Shown in pieces: positions 1 through 15,000 of a DNA stretch of 64,000 nucleotides. How positions within the stretch are numbered: position 1 is the first letter of the stretch; each line of letters begins with the position of its first letter. The notes under the pieces are model-generated. The model was not told the DNA's origin and did no database searches. It worked only from the letters and a program-made list of their open reading frames with translations. Position numbers and translations under genes: made by a program. This DNA comes from Adineta vaga (Eukaryota; Animalia; Rotifera): contig CP075495.1 of NCBI GenBank assembly GCA_021613535.1, positions 15,314,001 through 15,378,000 on the forward strand. The letters are read 5' to 3'.

Positions 1-240
1 ATTACTTGAATTGAACCATTATTACTTAGAATATTTAATAAAACAAATTCATTAAAATCAATTTTTTCATCTTGATTTAAATCAAATAGATCAAATAATT
101 GTTCAATAAATGGTATAGTAAATGTGTATAATATTCATCGCGTAAATGTTGATAATAAAGAATAAATTGTCTTTTCGATGTAAATAACCATGTGGATAAC
201 AATGAATAAAATTCGAATACCATTCTTGTAGATCATCACT
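1..240 (-). pseudogene. Neuronal calcium sensor (recoverin/frequenin-like) EF-hand fragment, frameshifted, runs off window start
   Basis: Minus strand after an AG acceptor reads DDLQEWYSNFIHCYPHGYL / SKRQFILYYQHLRDE / PFIEQLFDLFDLNQDEKxDFNEF, resembling NCS ELQEWYKGF...FDxNxDGxIDFxEF; two frame changes needed. Confidence 0.55.
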
Positions 241-811
241 ATTTGAATAAAAAGATACGGTTCTAAAAAAGGTCATTTTTTTCTTTTTGTAGAAAAATAA
301 CGAATAAATATTTAACAGATTTGGTGCAATGATTAGTGATAAAAATAATAAATTAGATTATTCTCACAGATATCCTGAGAAAAATATTAGTGCGGTACAA
401 AAATAAAATAAATATTCCTCGCGGGACAATTCAATATAAGTTTTATCCCGTCCCGTCGGTCTCTGGTACATTATACATGTTTCTCGAAAATGATTCATTA
501 ACATAAATATTTCTTATATGATCGACGGAATGGTTTCAAACACATGATGAATAACAACATTTCATTTGAGACAAAGCTTCATGTGATCTCATAGAAAGAG
601 ACATTTGATAGTTTTTTATGAATAATAATGAGAAAATAAATGAAAATTGATGTTGTCTCTATATGTTTTCACTGAATATTCCTGAAAGAATACAAGCACA
701 AACTCAACTTTCAAGAAAACAGTATGTTTCGATCGATTACTATAAGTATAGTCTTTGTTTTTCAGTTTTTGTTAGTTTTAGTACGAAGATTATTTCTGTT
801 GATAAGTAGAA

Positions 812-2982
812 ATGAAATCAACAATAGTACCGATCAATACACAAAATAATAAATGCGAGTCATTGTCAGTAAACTCATTTGTCTCATCAGAACAAATCCA
901 TTCTACTAGTAACGATCAGGTATAATGAGATACGCTAAAAAGTGAATCATCAATTATCTGAATATTTATTATAGAAATGGACTTCATCATTGATATGGGC
1001 TGTAATTATTGTAACGTTTTCAACAAGTTTCGTGATGGGAGTCAACACAGGTGGTCCCAATCTCTACAATGGAGTAAGATAGTTTTAGTTTAATATTCAT
1101 GGTTTTAATCTTAATTTTTAGTTTATTACTCCATGGTTACGAGGATATCCATTTCCTTGTCAAAAAGAAGATAGTACATCTCAATGGATAGCACGTGTTT
1201 GGTTAGGATGTGATTATATCAATACAGCATCGAAAAATCAAAATGGTTATTATTATTTACCTTCTATTCCAGAAAAACGACGTGTTGCACAAAATTTTAT
1301 TGATTCACTTCATGGAATTATTTTTGTTATTGGAGCAGCAATTGGAAGTTTTACTGGACAATATTGGTATCTATTTTTAACAAGGTTTGTATAAATAAAA
1401 TGTCGTTCCTTTTTTCGCTTACAAAAGATTTTGTGAATAGACGAAATGCACTTATTATGGCAATGTTATTTCAAATCGTCGCATCAATTTTAATGATCTC
1501 TACACTTTTGATTTATCATGCAAATAATCTAAATGATCCAAATCTTCTTGATATTCAATTAGCATTACAAAATAAAGATTTAGCGATTAGTTTGTTCTAC
1601 CTATCACGTTTTCTTTCTGGTTGGTCAGCTGGTAAGTATATCATTATTTCGTATGATTATAATGATTATAATAGTTACAATTGTTATTCCTATAGGTCTA
1701 AGTTGTGTTGTAACACCTATCTATCTAACTGATATAAGTCCTCGTAAGATGCGTGGTACACTTGTTACTTATCATCAATTATTGATTGTTATCGGTGTTC
1801 TTATTGGTCAAATTGTCAGTCTTCCTTGGTTACTTGGTCAACATGAGTAAAAGTTTATGATCATTTTATTTAGATAATTCTTTGTCTTTTCTAGTAAATG
1901 GCATTTGGGTATGGCATGGATTGGAATATTTCCTCTAGTTGGTTGTTTTTTAATGTGGACTTTAGATGAAAGTCCACGATGGTTAATACAAGATCGTCAA
2001 CGCCATGCTGCTATTGAATCATTACGTAATTTACGAAAAACAAATGATATTGAAGAAGAAATCAAAGAAATTGAACGAGAAGAATTAACAGTTAATATCC
2101 AAGATTCATCGTTATTTCGTCTATTAACATCATCTCGATTTCGTTGGCCATTATTAACGAGTATAATTCTAACAGGTGTTTCTCAATTTTCTGGTATTAA
2201 TGCTGTAAGTATTATTAAATAATTGATTTTCTTTTATATATCTAATCTAAATATATTTTGATGATTGATCAAAAGGTTTTATTTTATTCTCATGGAATAT
2301 TTTCACAAATGGGTTTACTTGAAGATAAAGTTTATTGGACTGTTCTTTCAACTGGAATGTCACTTGTTATTTCAACATTATTTTCTATTAAACTTATCGA
2401 ATCGTTTGGTCGACGTCCTTTAATACTTTATCCACTTGCAATAATTGTTATTATTATGATTTTATTATCTATATTTTTAAAAATTAATCCAGGTATGTTT
2501 TTTTTTCTTTCTTACTTTTTTTCTTATAAAATTCTTTAATTTCAAAAAGAGGGTTTGATCATTGTAATTTTATTACTTATTTTACTTTTTATTACTTTAT
2601 TTGCTGTTGGTTTGGGCACTATACCTTATTTATATCCCAATGAAGTATTTACTATTAGTGTTCGACCTATAGCTCATTCTATTGCGATGTTTTCTCTATT
2701 TTTCAATGATGCATGTAAATATATCATTTATCTTCGAGATATAATTAATAAAATAAGATTTTTTTTTTTTCTTTAGTAGTTATTGTTCTCTTTCCACTTC
2801 TACATTCTATACTTAATAGTTATGTTTTTTTGATATTTTGTATTTATTGTTTATTATCATTTGTTTTTCTTTGGAAGAAGGTAAATATGAAATTTCTTTC
2901 GGTAATTGAATTTTGATTTGTATTTTAGATGCCTGAAACAAAATATAAGAAATTTCATGAAATTGAAGAATTTTGGTGGTAA
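812..2982 (+). CDS. MFS sugar porter, SLC2A/GLUT-like facilitated hexose transporter (multi-exon)
   Basis: ATG 812, ~10 short GT-AG introns; PIYLTDISPRKMRG, ESPRWL, SQFSGINAV, ESFGRRPL, GLGTIPY, MPETK motifs; TAA 2980-2982. Confidence 0.9.
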
Positions 2983-3093
2983 GATTTGTAGCATTTCAAA
3001 TTCTATTCACAACTAATCAGTTGGCTGAAGTTAAATCCAAAGATATGACTGTATTTTTATGAAATAAAAAAGAAAAGAAAAGACTGTTGTAGT

Positions 3094-6000
3094 TTAATTT
3101 TGTTTTTTCATTAATTCAAATGGTATTGTTGTTGGTTTCGATGGAAATAATTCATAAATCTCTTCAATTGAAATATCATCTTCAATTACAATTCGATCAT
3201 CATCCGTTAAAGCATATAATTCATATAAATGATAATCTTCTTGAGAAATATGTAATTTTTCTAATGTTTCTTTAAGAATTCTATTTACTAATATATCCGA
3301 AGTACATGGTAAAACAATTATTTGTTCATTGAATTTAATTGAACTATAAATTGATGTTGTTGAAATCAATTGTAATTGAATTTCTGTCATTTGAGAATCA
3401 ATATCATCTAAAGTAATATCTTCATCATCAAATAAACAATCATCATTCTTTAATTGATAATAATTTTTGTTTATAGAAAATAATTGACAAGCAATAGAAC
3501 GTAAATGTTCAATAGTTATTGTTAAAGAACAAGAAAATCGAATAGTTTGATGATTTTCAGTATTTTCAATGATAACATTGACGGGTAAATTTTGTTGAAG
3601 TAAAGTAAATCGAATTGGTGAAGTTGATCCAAAGGAAAATAATTGTGTATTGAGTGATGGAACAAAACTATCGGATGAAAGAAGAAATTGATGATCAATA
3701 TCGAATTGATTTTCTTGATAAATATCAGAAATCTTTGTAAATATTGTATATCGTTGATGAATATCATTATCATCTTCATCTAATTCAAGTAATTGATTAT
3801 TTTTAGGTTTTTCAATTGAAATAAGACATGTTTCATTTTCTTTAACTAAAATAAATTTTGTCTCACGTAAATTTGATAATTTTTCACAATAATCAACAAT
3901 TTTTTTTGTAAAATTTGATGCTAAATATTTATAAATATTTGATGAAACCTTACTTGATTGTAAGATATATTCCATAGTTACATTTCGATTAGGAAGAAGA
4001 ATTGAAATCGATTCGGAATTATCATATCGAACGATTTGTACCAAAATTGATATACGAAAATCAATAGATTGATTATCTGTAGTTATATAATTATCTACAG
4101 ATTGTTGCATATCATTTTGAGAAAGAATTTGTTCATTTGTTTCTCCTAAAACAAGAACACAATCATTAGGAGATATATCAATGAGTTTTAATTGTCGAAG
4201 AAGTTGATCATTGTTTAATAGATGAGAAATTCTCGTGGATTTTAATGCATAAATTGATGCTTTATTTGTTTCATAGGTAAATGTTACTTTTGTTGTTGTA
4301 TTACGATCTATTCCATCGATAATTATTGATTTTGTTGGTTCAAGTATCGAAGAAATCGATTGATCTTCATCAAGAATAAGTTTTTGTTCTTTATGAAGAA
4401 AAGCGAATTCATTCGTTGGTGAATCAATAAATTGAGCGAAATGTTTCAACCAATCATTAACATGTTGCCAATTAGCAGCTGAATGAAATAAACCGATTTG
4501 TTCTTGATCTATAAATAAACAAAAGTTAGGAAGGATTCAATTTTCATATGAAAGAGATTTTATGTACTTTGTTTTGTTTGTAGAGTAATTTGACAAAGAA
4601 AATTTTGATTAATATTCTCTTCAGTAACAATAATTGGAATGACTTTTGTTTCTGAATTATCCATTTGTTTGATCAGATCATTAATTGTTCCCTTTTCAAT
4701 TGTTGTTCCATGTTCGTTGAAGAAACAAAGATAACTTTCATCTGATGAAGGTTTTATATCTTGATCAGTAAGATAATGATGGATAATTGTTGAAATATTA
4801 CATTTTGATGTAACTAAATATTCGATTTGAGTTTCTTGAAATCGAAATTGAATTGTAAATAAGTGTTCTTTTTCAATAATAAAATATTCTTGAGAGATTT
4901 GTTTTGGTAATTTTCCATTAAAATCCAATAGAATATCATTTTTATCGCAAAGTGCATATTTATTCACATCATGTTTCTTCTCATCAAATAATTTACGTAA
5001 TCTCTCAAATAAATTTTCACTTTTCCCCATACTTGAATGAACATTTCCATCTGGATGAGTTACACTAAGTTTTAATCCTCCTTTTACAACTGTTATTGTT
5101 TGGTCATTTTCTGTACGAATTTGTTCGAATAAACTTGATGTTGTTAACGGAACTAATTTCAAATCCAATTGAAAAAGAGAAGAATAATCAAAAGATTCCT
5201 CTGAAGTTGTTGTTGTTATGGGTTGAGGAATTGGAACTATCTCTTTTTGTTCAGTAAATTCAATACCATCACCAAGTAAATCTTCTCCAATAATTGTATT
5301 CGATGACATATATTCTGAAAGATCTAACCAAATAGTATCGTCATCTGGGAGAGGTAGATTCTCTTCTACTGTTGTTTCATTAAGATAATTAAGAAAACGG
5401 TTGGGTTGTTGATGAAGAGATTTGTTATTAATACTTTCATTCCATTGTGTACTTTGTTTTTCTTCAATATTAACCATTCGTTCTTGTAATATTGTTCGCA
5501 TTCGAATTAAATGAATACAAAGTGCAACATAATTTTCACATTTAATTTCATTTGGAATAAAATTCAAAATCGAACTTTCAATTGCTAAGATTTGACATGT
5601 TTCTTTCAATGAATCTGCCCATTGTCGTTGAAGAAAATATTCATTTGTTCGAAGATCATTTAAGAAATCTGTAAGAATTTGAATAAACGATTTAATTCTT
5701 TCAATATCATCAATACTAATCGTTGCAGCTTGTAACATATCTGTAAGTTCATGATCAATTTGTAAATCAATAGATGTTCGTAAAGATTGAGAAACATCTG
5801 TGAATAAATGTTGAAAATCACTAATAGAATTCGCATATAATTGTCGAATATGATCAAAATAACATAATTGAAAATCTTTAATTTCGTATTGTTGAATTTG
5901 TTGATAAAGATTCTTTTCATGATCAAATGTTTGAATAAATTCATAAAGATTTCTTTGAGAAAGATCAGTTTGTTGATGTTTTAATTGTATGGCTATTTGT

Positions 6001-9000
6001 CGAAGAAGATTATAACCATGATAAAGTTTATCTAAATACATTTCTTTTAAATAATTCCATTCATTTTCTAATTGTTGTTCATTCAATGAAATACAATATT
6101 CTTTATTTAAATCAAATGTTTCATTGATTGTATTCTGTTGAGTTCGTCGAATATAATATTGATAATTTTGTATTATATGTTGATAATTAATACGACAAAG
6201 TAAAAGATATGTACGAATTAAATATGATTGAAGATAAAGAAAATCAAAATGAAGTTGAGTATCTAATTGTTGAAAATATTCATCATTTTCTATTAGAAGT
6301 GTTGCACGTGTTAATTGTTCAATCCATGAACAATCATGATCTGTTAATGTAATGACACCGGTATTATCATGAACAATTTGTAAAATGGAAACTTCTTTTG
6401 AAATTAAATTATTTACTAAAGTTTTCAATGCTCCAATGATATGATTATTATCATCATCATTTACTTCTTGTTCAAGTAAATTTAATAAACTATTGTGATA
6501 ATCAATCAATACTCTAAAATATTCAAAATAATCTTTATACTTGAATAAGAATGTGTTACATATCCAATCCTTACCTGAGTATACGCATAATAATATCTCC
6601 TTCGTCAGTATTTCCTGTTGTAACGAGATAATGTATTGGTGTATTACGTGTTATTTTTGTAAAACGTTGTGTAAGATCACAAGCACCTGGTCGAATAAGA
6701 CCATCAGTAAAATCATGATAGGCATTGACAGCTTCGATTCCATGATCGATAATAATTGAATAATTGGTATTATGATTATGATGTTGGAAATTTTGATGAT
6801 TATTCGAATGTTTTTCACCTCGTTTGTACAATTCTTCTAATGTAACATTGAGAAATTCATCTCGTTCAACTAATTGTGTATAAGTTTGATGAAGAAGAAG
6901 ATAAAATTGACTAAGATTATAAATCCATTTCATAATTTTCAAGAAATCAGTTGAATCAAGAATATGTCGTAAGACTTTCAGAGGTAATTGAAATGATACT
7001 GGATTATGTAATTCAGTTTTAAAATCTCGAAATTGTATTTGAATTGGAAGTTTTGTTATAAAATTTTGAAGATTTGATTGAATTTCTGATTTTAAACTTA
7101 ATCGATTAATAAAACTTTTATATTCTCCTAATTTTTGATGAATATAATAAAAGATTTTATTTTGAAATTCTTCTCCAGCTTTTAATTGATCATTAATCGT
7201 ATTATAAACAGGTTTTATCCAGGAATTTTCTGCTTGTTGATAATTTAATGTTAAAAATGCCATTCGTTCAAAACAACGATTTAAAAGAATACATGCATCA
7301 TTACAATTCGAATGAACTGATAAGAAATTAAATGTCGATAATAATCTTGCTCGAACAAAATGACAAACTTTTGTTCGTTGTTCATTTCCTGCAAGACGAT
7401 GTAGAGCTGTATTATCACCTATGGCATGTGGAGCAAGAATTGGTCCATGTAAATTTTGAACTGATTCACTGAATAACAATAGATGCCAAGCCTAAAATCA
7501 AGTATAAGAAATAAAAAACAATGAGATTCGAAACAAAACAAAAAAATACATACCATTGCACCAAATGTTGCAAAATATGCGACATAAATCGCTGGAACAT
7601 TTAATGCATTAGCATGTCTTTGACCGAAATGCATTAAATCGCCATTTTGTGTGATAATACAACCACAATCATAATGAACACCATGTTGTTCAATAGTTTG
7701 ATGTGCTGTTGATCCAAAACCTAAGAGAAAAGAAGAATAAATGTAAAAAATATATTCTTGTATAAAGATTTTACCAAATGTATTGAGTAATGTTAATGGT
7801 TGAAATGTAAATGTCCATAGGAAATTTTGTTTTCCTCCTAAAAGAATCATTGCTAAAAGATTAACTAATGAATGACGAATACATAATTCATCTTCATCTT
7901 TACAATCAAGATGAAATAATTTATTTAAATAATTTTGTTCAAGATTTTCATTTCGTCTTGGATATCCAATCATATAATGTTCAGGTTGTAAGAAAACACG
8001 AAAAACTCGTAATTCTTCAGGTAAAGGTTCTAATGTATTTTCAATAAATGCTAATAATGTACTGAGAGATACTAATCGATTTGTACAATAATAATCATAA
8101 TAAATATTTAATAATAACATTATTTTTATTTCTTTAAGATCGATAATACATGGATTTGTATTTCGTTGTAATTGAATCCAATCGAATAAACTCTTCCATT
8201 GTTGATCATTAACAAGATTTTCTTGAATAGAATTTGTAAGAATTAATTTTAATTGTTCGTAAGATTGATGAAATTGTGGAAAGATTGATAAAGTATTATC
8301 TGTTGATAAAGTAAATTGAATTTGATGACATAATTGTAAATGTTCATTTCGTTGTGTTGTTTGTTGAATTTCTAATAATTGAGATAATTGCTTTGCCCAT
8401 TCATGATGAAAACGTTGAATTGAATCAGATTTGAATAAATTTAAAAGAAAATTCCATGAACGTTTTGAAATAATTGTCGAAAGAAATAATTGAAGATGTT
8501 CATTCAATTGAATTATCTCACCATTTATAGTTAAATATGATGGAATAACCATTGCTAGAATTCGATCAATACTTCGTTTATCATCAGGAGAAATATTACT
8601 TTGACATAATAGAATCGCTGTTAGTCGTACGAGAAAATAGATTTGTAAATGTGTAAAAAATTCTTGAATAATATTTGTAAAACGTTGATTTCGTAAATTT
8701 GGAAGTTTTGATTGCATTATTTTATTAACAAATTTACATGTTATAATTTCATCATTAATCGATCGTTGAAGATAAAAGAAATATAAATCGAGAAGTGGTT
8801 GTCGTTGTTCATCAATCGAAATAACAGATGGATGATAAGGTAAATGATAATTTTGAATAATTAGTTCATCATTTCCAATACAATCAATAATCAATGTTAA
8901 AAGTTTGATTCCACGATCCCAACAATCTAATTTTTGTCGATTATTTCGTTCCGATTCTTCAAGATATAAATTAGCTAATTCATCAAATAGAAATTGTTTC

Positions 9001-12000
9001 ATTGGTAATGATAAATAATATGTTGATTGATTTAAATCTTTGAAAAGATTCTTTATTTCTTCATGATAAGAATCTGTTGTTGATTTTAACATTAAAATAA
9101 TCCATTGTTGTAAATCAATCATTAATGTTGAATTCTTAACATTATGATTATTTAAATATTTCTGAATAAATTCAATAATTTTCGGAATTAATTTAAAATA
9201 CATTGATTTACCAAATTGATTTTGATTTTTCAAATGAATATCATTTAATAAATTTCTTACAAGAGTTTTTGGTTCAGGTGTTTTATCATTAAGAAGAATA
9301 AGATATGCTAAATTCATAAAATTAATCTGATCAATTATTTCAGCAAGTTGTGTACGTGATAGAACTTTATTCGATGGATAATATTTCGAGATAAATGTAT
9401 AAGCATGAATCCATTTTTCACTATTTTCAAGATTATTTAAACAAAGATATTTCCAAAGATAATCGAACATTAATCGAAATAATTTTTCACGAACATCCGA
9501 ACGTGTTGTATGTTGTTCATCATTAAGAAATAAATCATTATAGAATGATCGAGTAGAATCAAGATGATCTGTTATACGACAAGCTGAATAGAGAGAAAAA
9601 AGATCATTTTGATCATATTCAAATGAAGTATAAACATGTGATAAAAGCCAAATAGATTTTTGTGAACAATCTTCAAGAGATTGTTGATCGTTTTCATCGA
9701 CGAGTAATAACCAACGTGAAACAAATTCAATTGTTTTTTCACATTCAGTAAGATTATCATCGAAATTTTTTTCTACAATTGTACAAAATGTTCGAACGAG
9801 ATCATTGGAATATGAATTAAGAATTTGTTCATTAATTATTTCAGTTAAAACTTTATCATTTAAAATTGATTTCATTAATCTATATCGAAAATGTTCAGAC
9901 GAATCATTTTCATCATCATTATAATGATAATCGACAGTAGTAGTAGTTGGTGGAACAGCATAATAATCTTGACGAAGTTCATCGGAATTGTTTTCTAAAT
10001 AATGAATAAAAAAAGTTTGAAATTTGTTTGTATGTAGATCGAGTTATCACTCAAAAATAGAAAGAAGTTCACGAACCTTTTTGTTGATTTTGTTTGAGAA
10101 TAGTTGATAATTTAATTTCATCAGCATATGATTTGATTCGTTGATGAAATAAATGATAAAGTGGTGTTTGTGGAATACAAGCATAATGAATACTAAGTTG
10201 AATAAGACCTTGTGATATTGTATCTTTATTTTCATCAGTTGAAAATGATGAATAATCAATTAATTCTAACATTGAATGATAATCATTTGTATTAGTTGAT
10301 AAAATCGAGAGAGTATCTAAACCATAATCATTAATAATAAATTTAAAAACATTAGAAACAAAATTTGTAAATGCAATTCGTGTTTGTGATTGAATTGAAT
10401 CGACAAGACCATCGAATCGTTTTCCACAAAGAATATCTTTCGATATTTGATAAATTAAACTATAAATTTTCTTTGATGAATCTTTTCGATTTGATAAATG
10501 TTCATGATAAATATTCATAATACGTTTTTGTAATTGTTTCGATCGTTGAAGAATTTGTTTGAAACATTGAACACGTCGTAAAGTATTCGTTTGAGATTGA
10601 TAAAATTCATAGGCTAATTTATCTTTGAACATATCAGGTGATAATTGTTGTTGAGAAATTTGAATACGTGAACAAAAATCCCATAAACAATCTTCAAATA
10701 AAGCATTTAAATCACATAGAATATTATCGGATGAATCACGTTGATCTGATGAAGAAAGTATTTGTAACATTTTTTGCAGATGAAATGCACTACCAGGTGA
10801 ACAACTATCAAAGAAATAGAAATCCCAATCTTGTAAGAAAATTGATGGAAATGATGATTGATGATAAAGTTCTTGTGGAGGTGAATGAATAAGAATTAAA
10901 AAGTATTTGTCTTGTTTTTTATTCAAAATATTCGATGTATAATCACTTTTGTCAATCAATTGTCGTACGTATGGAATATGTAAACGTTGTTGATTAATTC
11001 GAGCATTGATAACAATAAGAAGAACATTTTTTTTGTCATTTTTTTCAAAATTTTGAAATCTTTCTTCTAATTCAATGGAATTTTCAATGACAGCCTATAT
11101 AGAAGAAAATGAAATTATTTTGAAAAATAAAAGATAAAATAAGAACCTACTAGATTAAGTATATCGATTTTATCTGGATTATCCGTGTATTCATCATCAT
11201 TTAAACTACCAAATAGTTCATGACTTGATTGTTCATGAAGTCCAACAACATAAGATGATGTACGTGTAAATATCATGACTTTTCTAGTCATTTTTACTTG
11301 ATTTAATTGTGGTAATGGTGCATCTGTTGTTATTGCTGATAGATCATAAGTTTGAAGATCGAGTGATGGATTGGAAAGAAGTTGTTGAATAAAATTTTCA
11401 ATATGAAAATGTTCTTGTTGTTGAAAATAATTAATACATAATGATCCTGCAAGTTGATCTTCAAAAGTACGTAATTTAAGAACAAGTGATTCAGGTGAAA
11501 CTAATTGTAATAATTTTGATAGAACTGAACGTAAAATACATTGTTGAATATCACTTGGATTTTGTTCAATAAACGATTTTGAACGAATTGTTAATTGTGA
11601 ATAATGTTGATGTGTATTTAAAAAATAAGTTTGATCAGTTTCATTGAATTTCATTAAAGATAATAAACATGAATATAAAGTATTTTCATTAATACCATAG
11701 AAATATTGTCGACCAAAATGTTGAATAAATGATTGAAGTTTATCTTCAACATTTTTCATTAATGTTTGATCATTGGGTGAAAGTTGTTCAAATTGAATTC
11801 GATAAAAATCATTGACACTTAAAGAATATTTTTGAAAACGACTTAGAAATGGTGCTGGAATCTCTTTGAATTCACTTCGTTTAATATGTATAATACATTG
11901 AAAATCTTCATGAACAACAACATCAATGGTTTTCGGACCAATAGCTACTTTTGAAAAGATTTTTCTCATATCACCCGTAGCCATAATGGAAAAATTCTGA

Positions 12001-15000
12001 TTAAAAACATCATAAAGTGATCCATGAATTCGTCCGGTATTTACCATTAATATTGTCTTTCCAGTTTCCATACATAATTTGATAGTTGATAAAATTTCGA
12101 CATTTCGTAATTCATTATGAATATCATCAGGAAAATCTGACATTCGAAAAACAGTTGTACGATTAGGATCTAAATTAATAATTCCACTTTGTGAAAGTAA
12201 ACGAACAGCACTTTCATCTTCGGATTCATCAATAATTAATTTATATCGTCCATAAAGACGACGTCGAACTGAATCAAGTTTCATTGATTGACTTAAAATT
12301 GTTGGAACATTACGACGATTTGAAGGTAATCGAAAGTCGCGACATTGTTCTTGAACAGCTTGAAAAAATATTTGTACTAGTTTTTCAAAATCATCTTTTG
12401 ATATTCCATTAAAATTATCTTCCAATGCATGTAAAAGACTTATGGGTGTTATTCCTGCAAAACGTGCGTCTTGATTATTATTATTATTAGTATCATCATC
12501 ATCATTTGTTGTTGGTGTTAGTTCAAAACGTAATTCACGTAACATATAAATAAAATCACGATCGTGATAGATATGTGGAATATTTGGTTCATTCAATATT
12601 CGTCGATACCCTTGACAGAGACCATAAATAATCGACTGAAGACGCTGATCTACTACTTGTTGATTATCATCAATTCGAAGACCAAGACAACCATAAGCTA
12701 AAATCTTTTGATCATCTTTCGATGGTAAGGAACGATAAACACAAATCATTCGATTTGCATTTGCTGCATCGAAAGCTCTATTTGCTACAGCCACGAATGC
12801 TACTTTACATTCATCTAAATAAGGATGTAACACTTTTAACACCATTTTCTTTTCATCAGGTAGTGAAGCTTCATCCAAGAAAACAACCTATAAATTACGT
12901 AATTATTTTAATTTCTAGTTGAAATTTTGGCCATAAACTTACACATCGTGTATTCATTCGATTTTGTTCGTAATGTTGTTCACGTTTAATTGCTCGTTCG
13001 AATATATATGCAATATCTTCAGAACGACTATATTTTGATCCAAGACAAAAGAATGGATCAATAGCTGGCAAACGTTTACAGAATGGTTTCGTTGATAATT
13101 GGGAACCTTGAAGATTTTGTAAAACAATTTGAAAAGATAATGTTTTGGATTGACCTTAAATAGAAAAAGAAGTATATTAACAATGTTTACAAGTATAAAG
13201 TTAGCTGACCTGGTGCACCAATTATACACAATGGTGTTCGAGTGACAACACTAACCACAATTGAAAAGATATGTTCACGAACCTATCAAATAATAATAAT
13301 AAAGAGAAGAAAAGTCGAATGATTTCTCGAAATATAATTCACATACAGCTTGATTAATGGCAACACCATGTGGAATAACAAAATTATCTGTATTAACAAA
13401 TTTATCTAATTCATTTTGAATAATATTAATAAAATCAGGTATCGTACGAGAAAGTACTTCAGCAAGTTTTTCTCGTGGTGGTGTTTCATCGTCTCCTCTT
13501 TGTTCATTATCTTCAGCTGTGGGCAAACGAAAATAATAAATTAAAGCTAATGCTAATGCAATACATCGAATAGGATTTGGTTGATACATATCATTTTTTA
13601 TATCAATTTCATCATCAAATCGAATTTTCCAAAAGAAATCAATTAAATTAAAACATCGTTGAATTTCACGTTGAGAAACAGAATTACGTCCTAAAAAATA
13701 AAGATGTACATCAAAGATAAAACGATAGGAAAAAAATCTCAACTATTTACCAAGATATCGTTCACAAAATTCTTGTGCATTAAGAATCGATTCAGCCAAC
13801 ATTTCTTGAGCATATTTTTCTAATGGCATCTCCATTTGTTTTTTATCTATAGAATTTCCATGAAGTCTCTCAATTTTCTTATCAATATAACTTTTCAATG
13901 ATGATTGTTCTAATGCACCATAACAAACTTTTAAATTTTCTAATGCTTGTGGTAATTGATGGACGAGAAAATCTCGTCGATGAACAGCTTTCTCATCTGT
14001 TGATTGTACAAATGGATTGATTGCTGCTGTAAAAAAGATATTTTCGGGTAAATTTTTGCCATGTAATGTTCGATCCATAAACATTTCTTTGAAGAGACCA
14101 AGACATGATGCTGTATTAACTTCATCGAAAAAGACAACTAATTCAATATGAGATAATTCACGTGCTAATTGACAAATAGGAAACATAAATTGTTCAAGTT
14201 CGTCTTCTGTTATACCTGGATGTAATAATAAACGATAGAATAACGGTTTTATTTGACTATATATCACATATTCATTGAATATTTCAATAGATTTTTGCAC
14301 AGTTAATGAGCGAGTGTCTTCGAGTAACGTTCGAAGACGAAAACCAGTTTCAATTAAAGGAAAATTAGTTAACTGATAAGTGACATATTCAAGTAATTCA
14401 TTCATCAAGTTTTGAGCAATATTCATAGCATTTTCGCTGGCGACAATCATAAGTGTTTTCCATAAATATCTTAACATTTCATTGTTATATTCAAAATTTT
14501 GTAGAGATTGTTTAATATCTTGTAATAACGGAAGATCGATTGGTACTATTGGTCGAATAACTTGTGCCGCTGCTACTGGCGGTGGTACAACATCTGGTTC
14601 AGGTACACGATGCGCCAAACTTTCGTTGAATTCATTTTCAAAATCATCGTTTAACTGTTGACGATAGATATGCGCAAGTTGATTTTCTCTTACTTCACCA
14701 TCATCATCATCATCATCATCATCAACAACAACTTGATCGTCATTATCAAGACCCATAAGTTTTGGTTTTATTCGTTGTAAAAATGTATTTAATAAATTTG
14801 TTTCACTTTCTAATATTTCCGAAATAATTGTTGTTAATAACCATAAACTAATTCGTTCTCGTACTCGTGGAGCAACATTATCATTAATTGGTGCATTGAT
14901 TATATTCGAATTCAATAACAGAGAATAGAATTTAAGAAGAAATGTTTTTCCAACTCCCGTATCACCTTCAATGATCAACGATAATTTCGTTAATTTTCTT

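Noticed and set aside
390-468. gggac...tcccgtcccgtcggtctctg possible transposon end
   Set aside because: No matching opposite end or TSD found in the window
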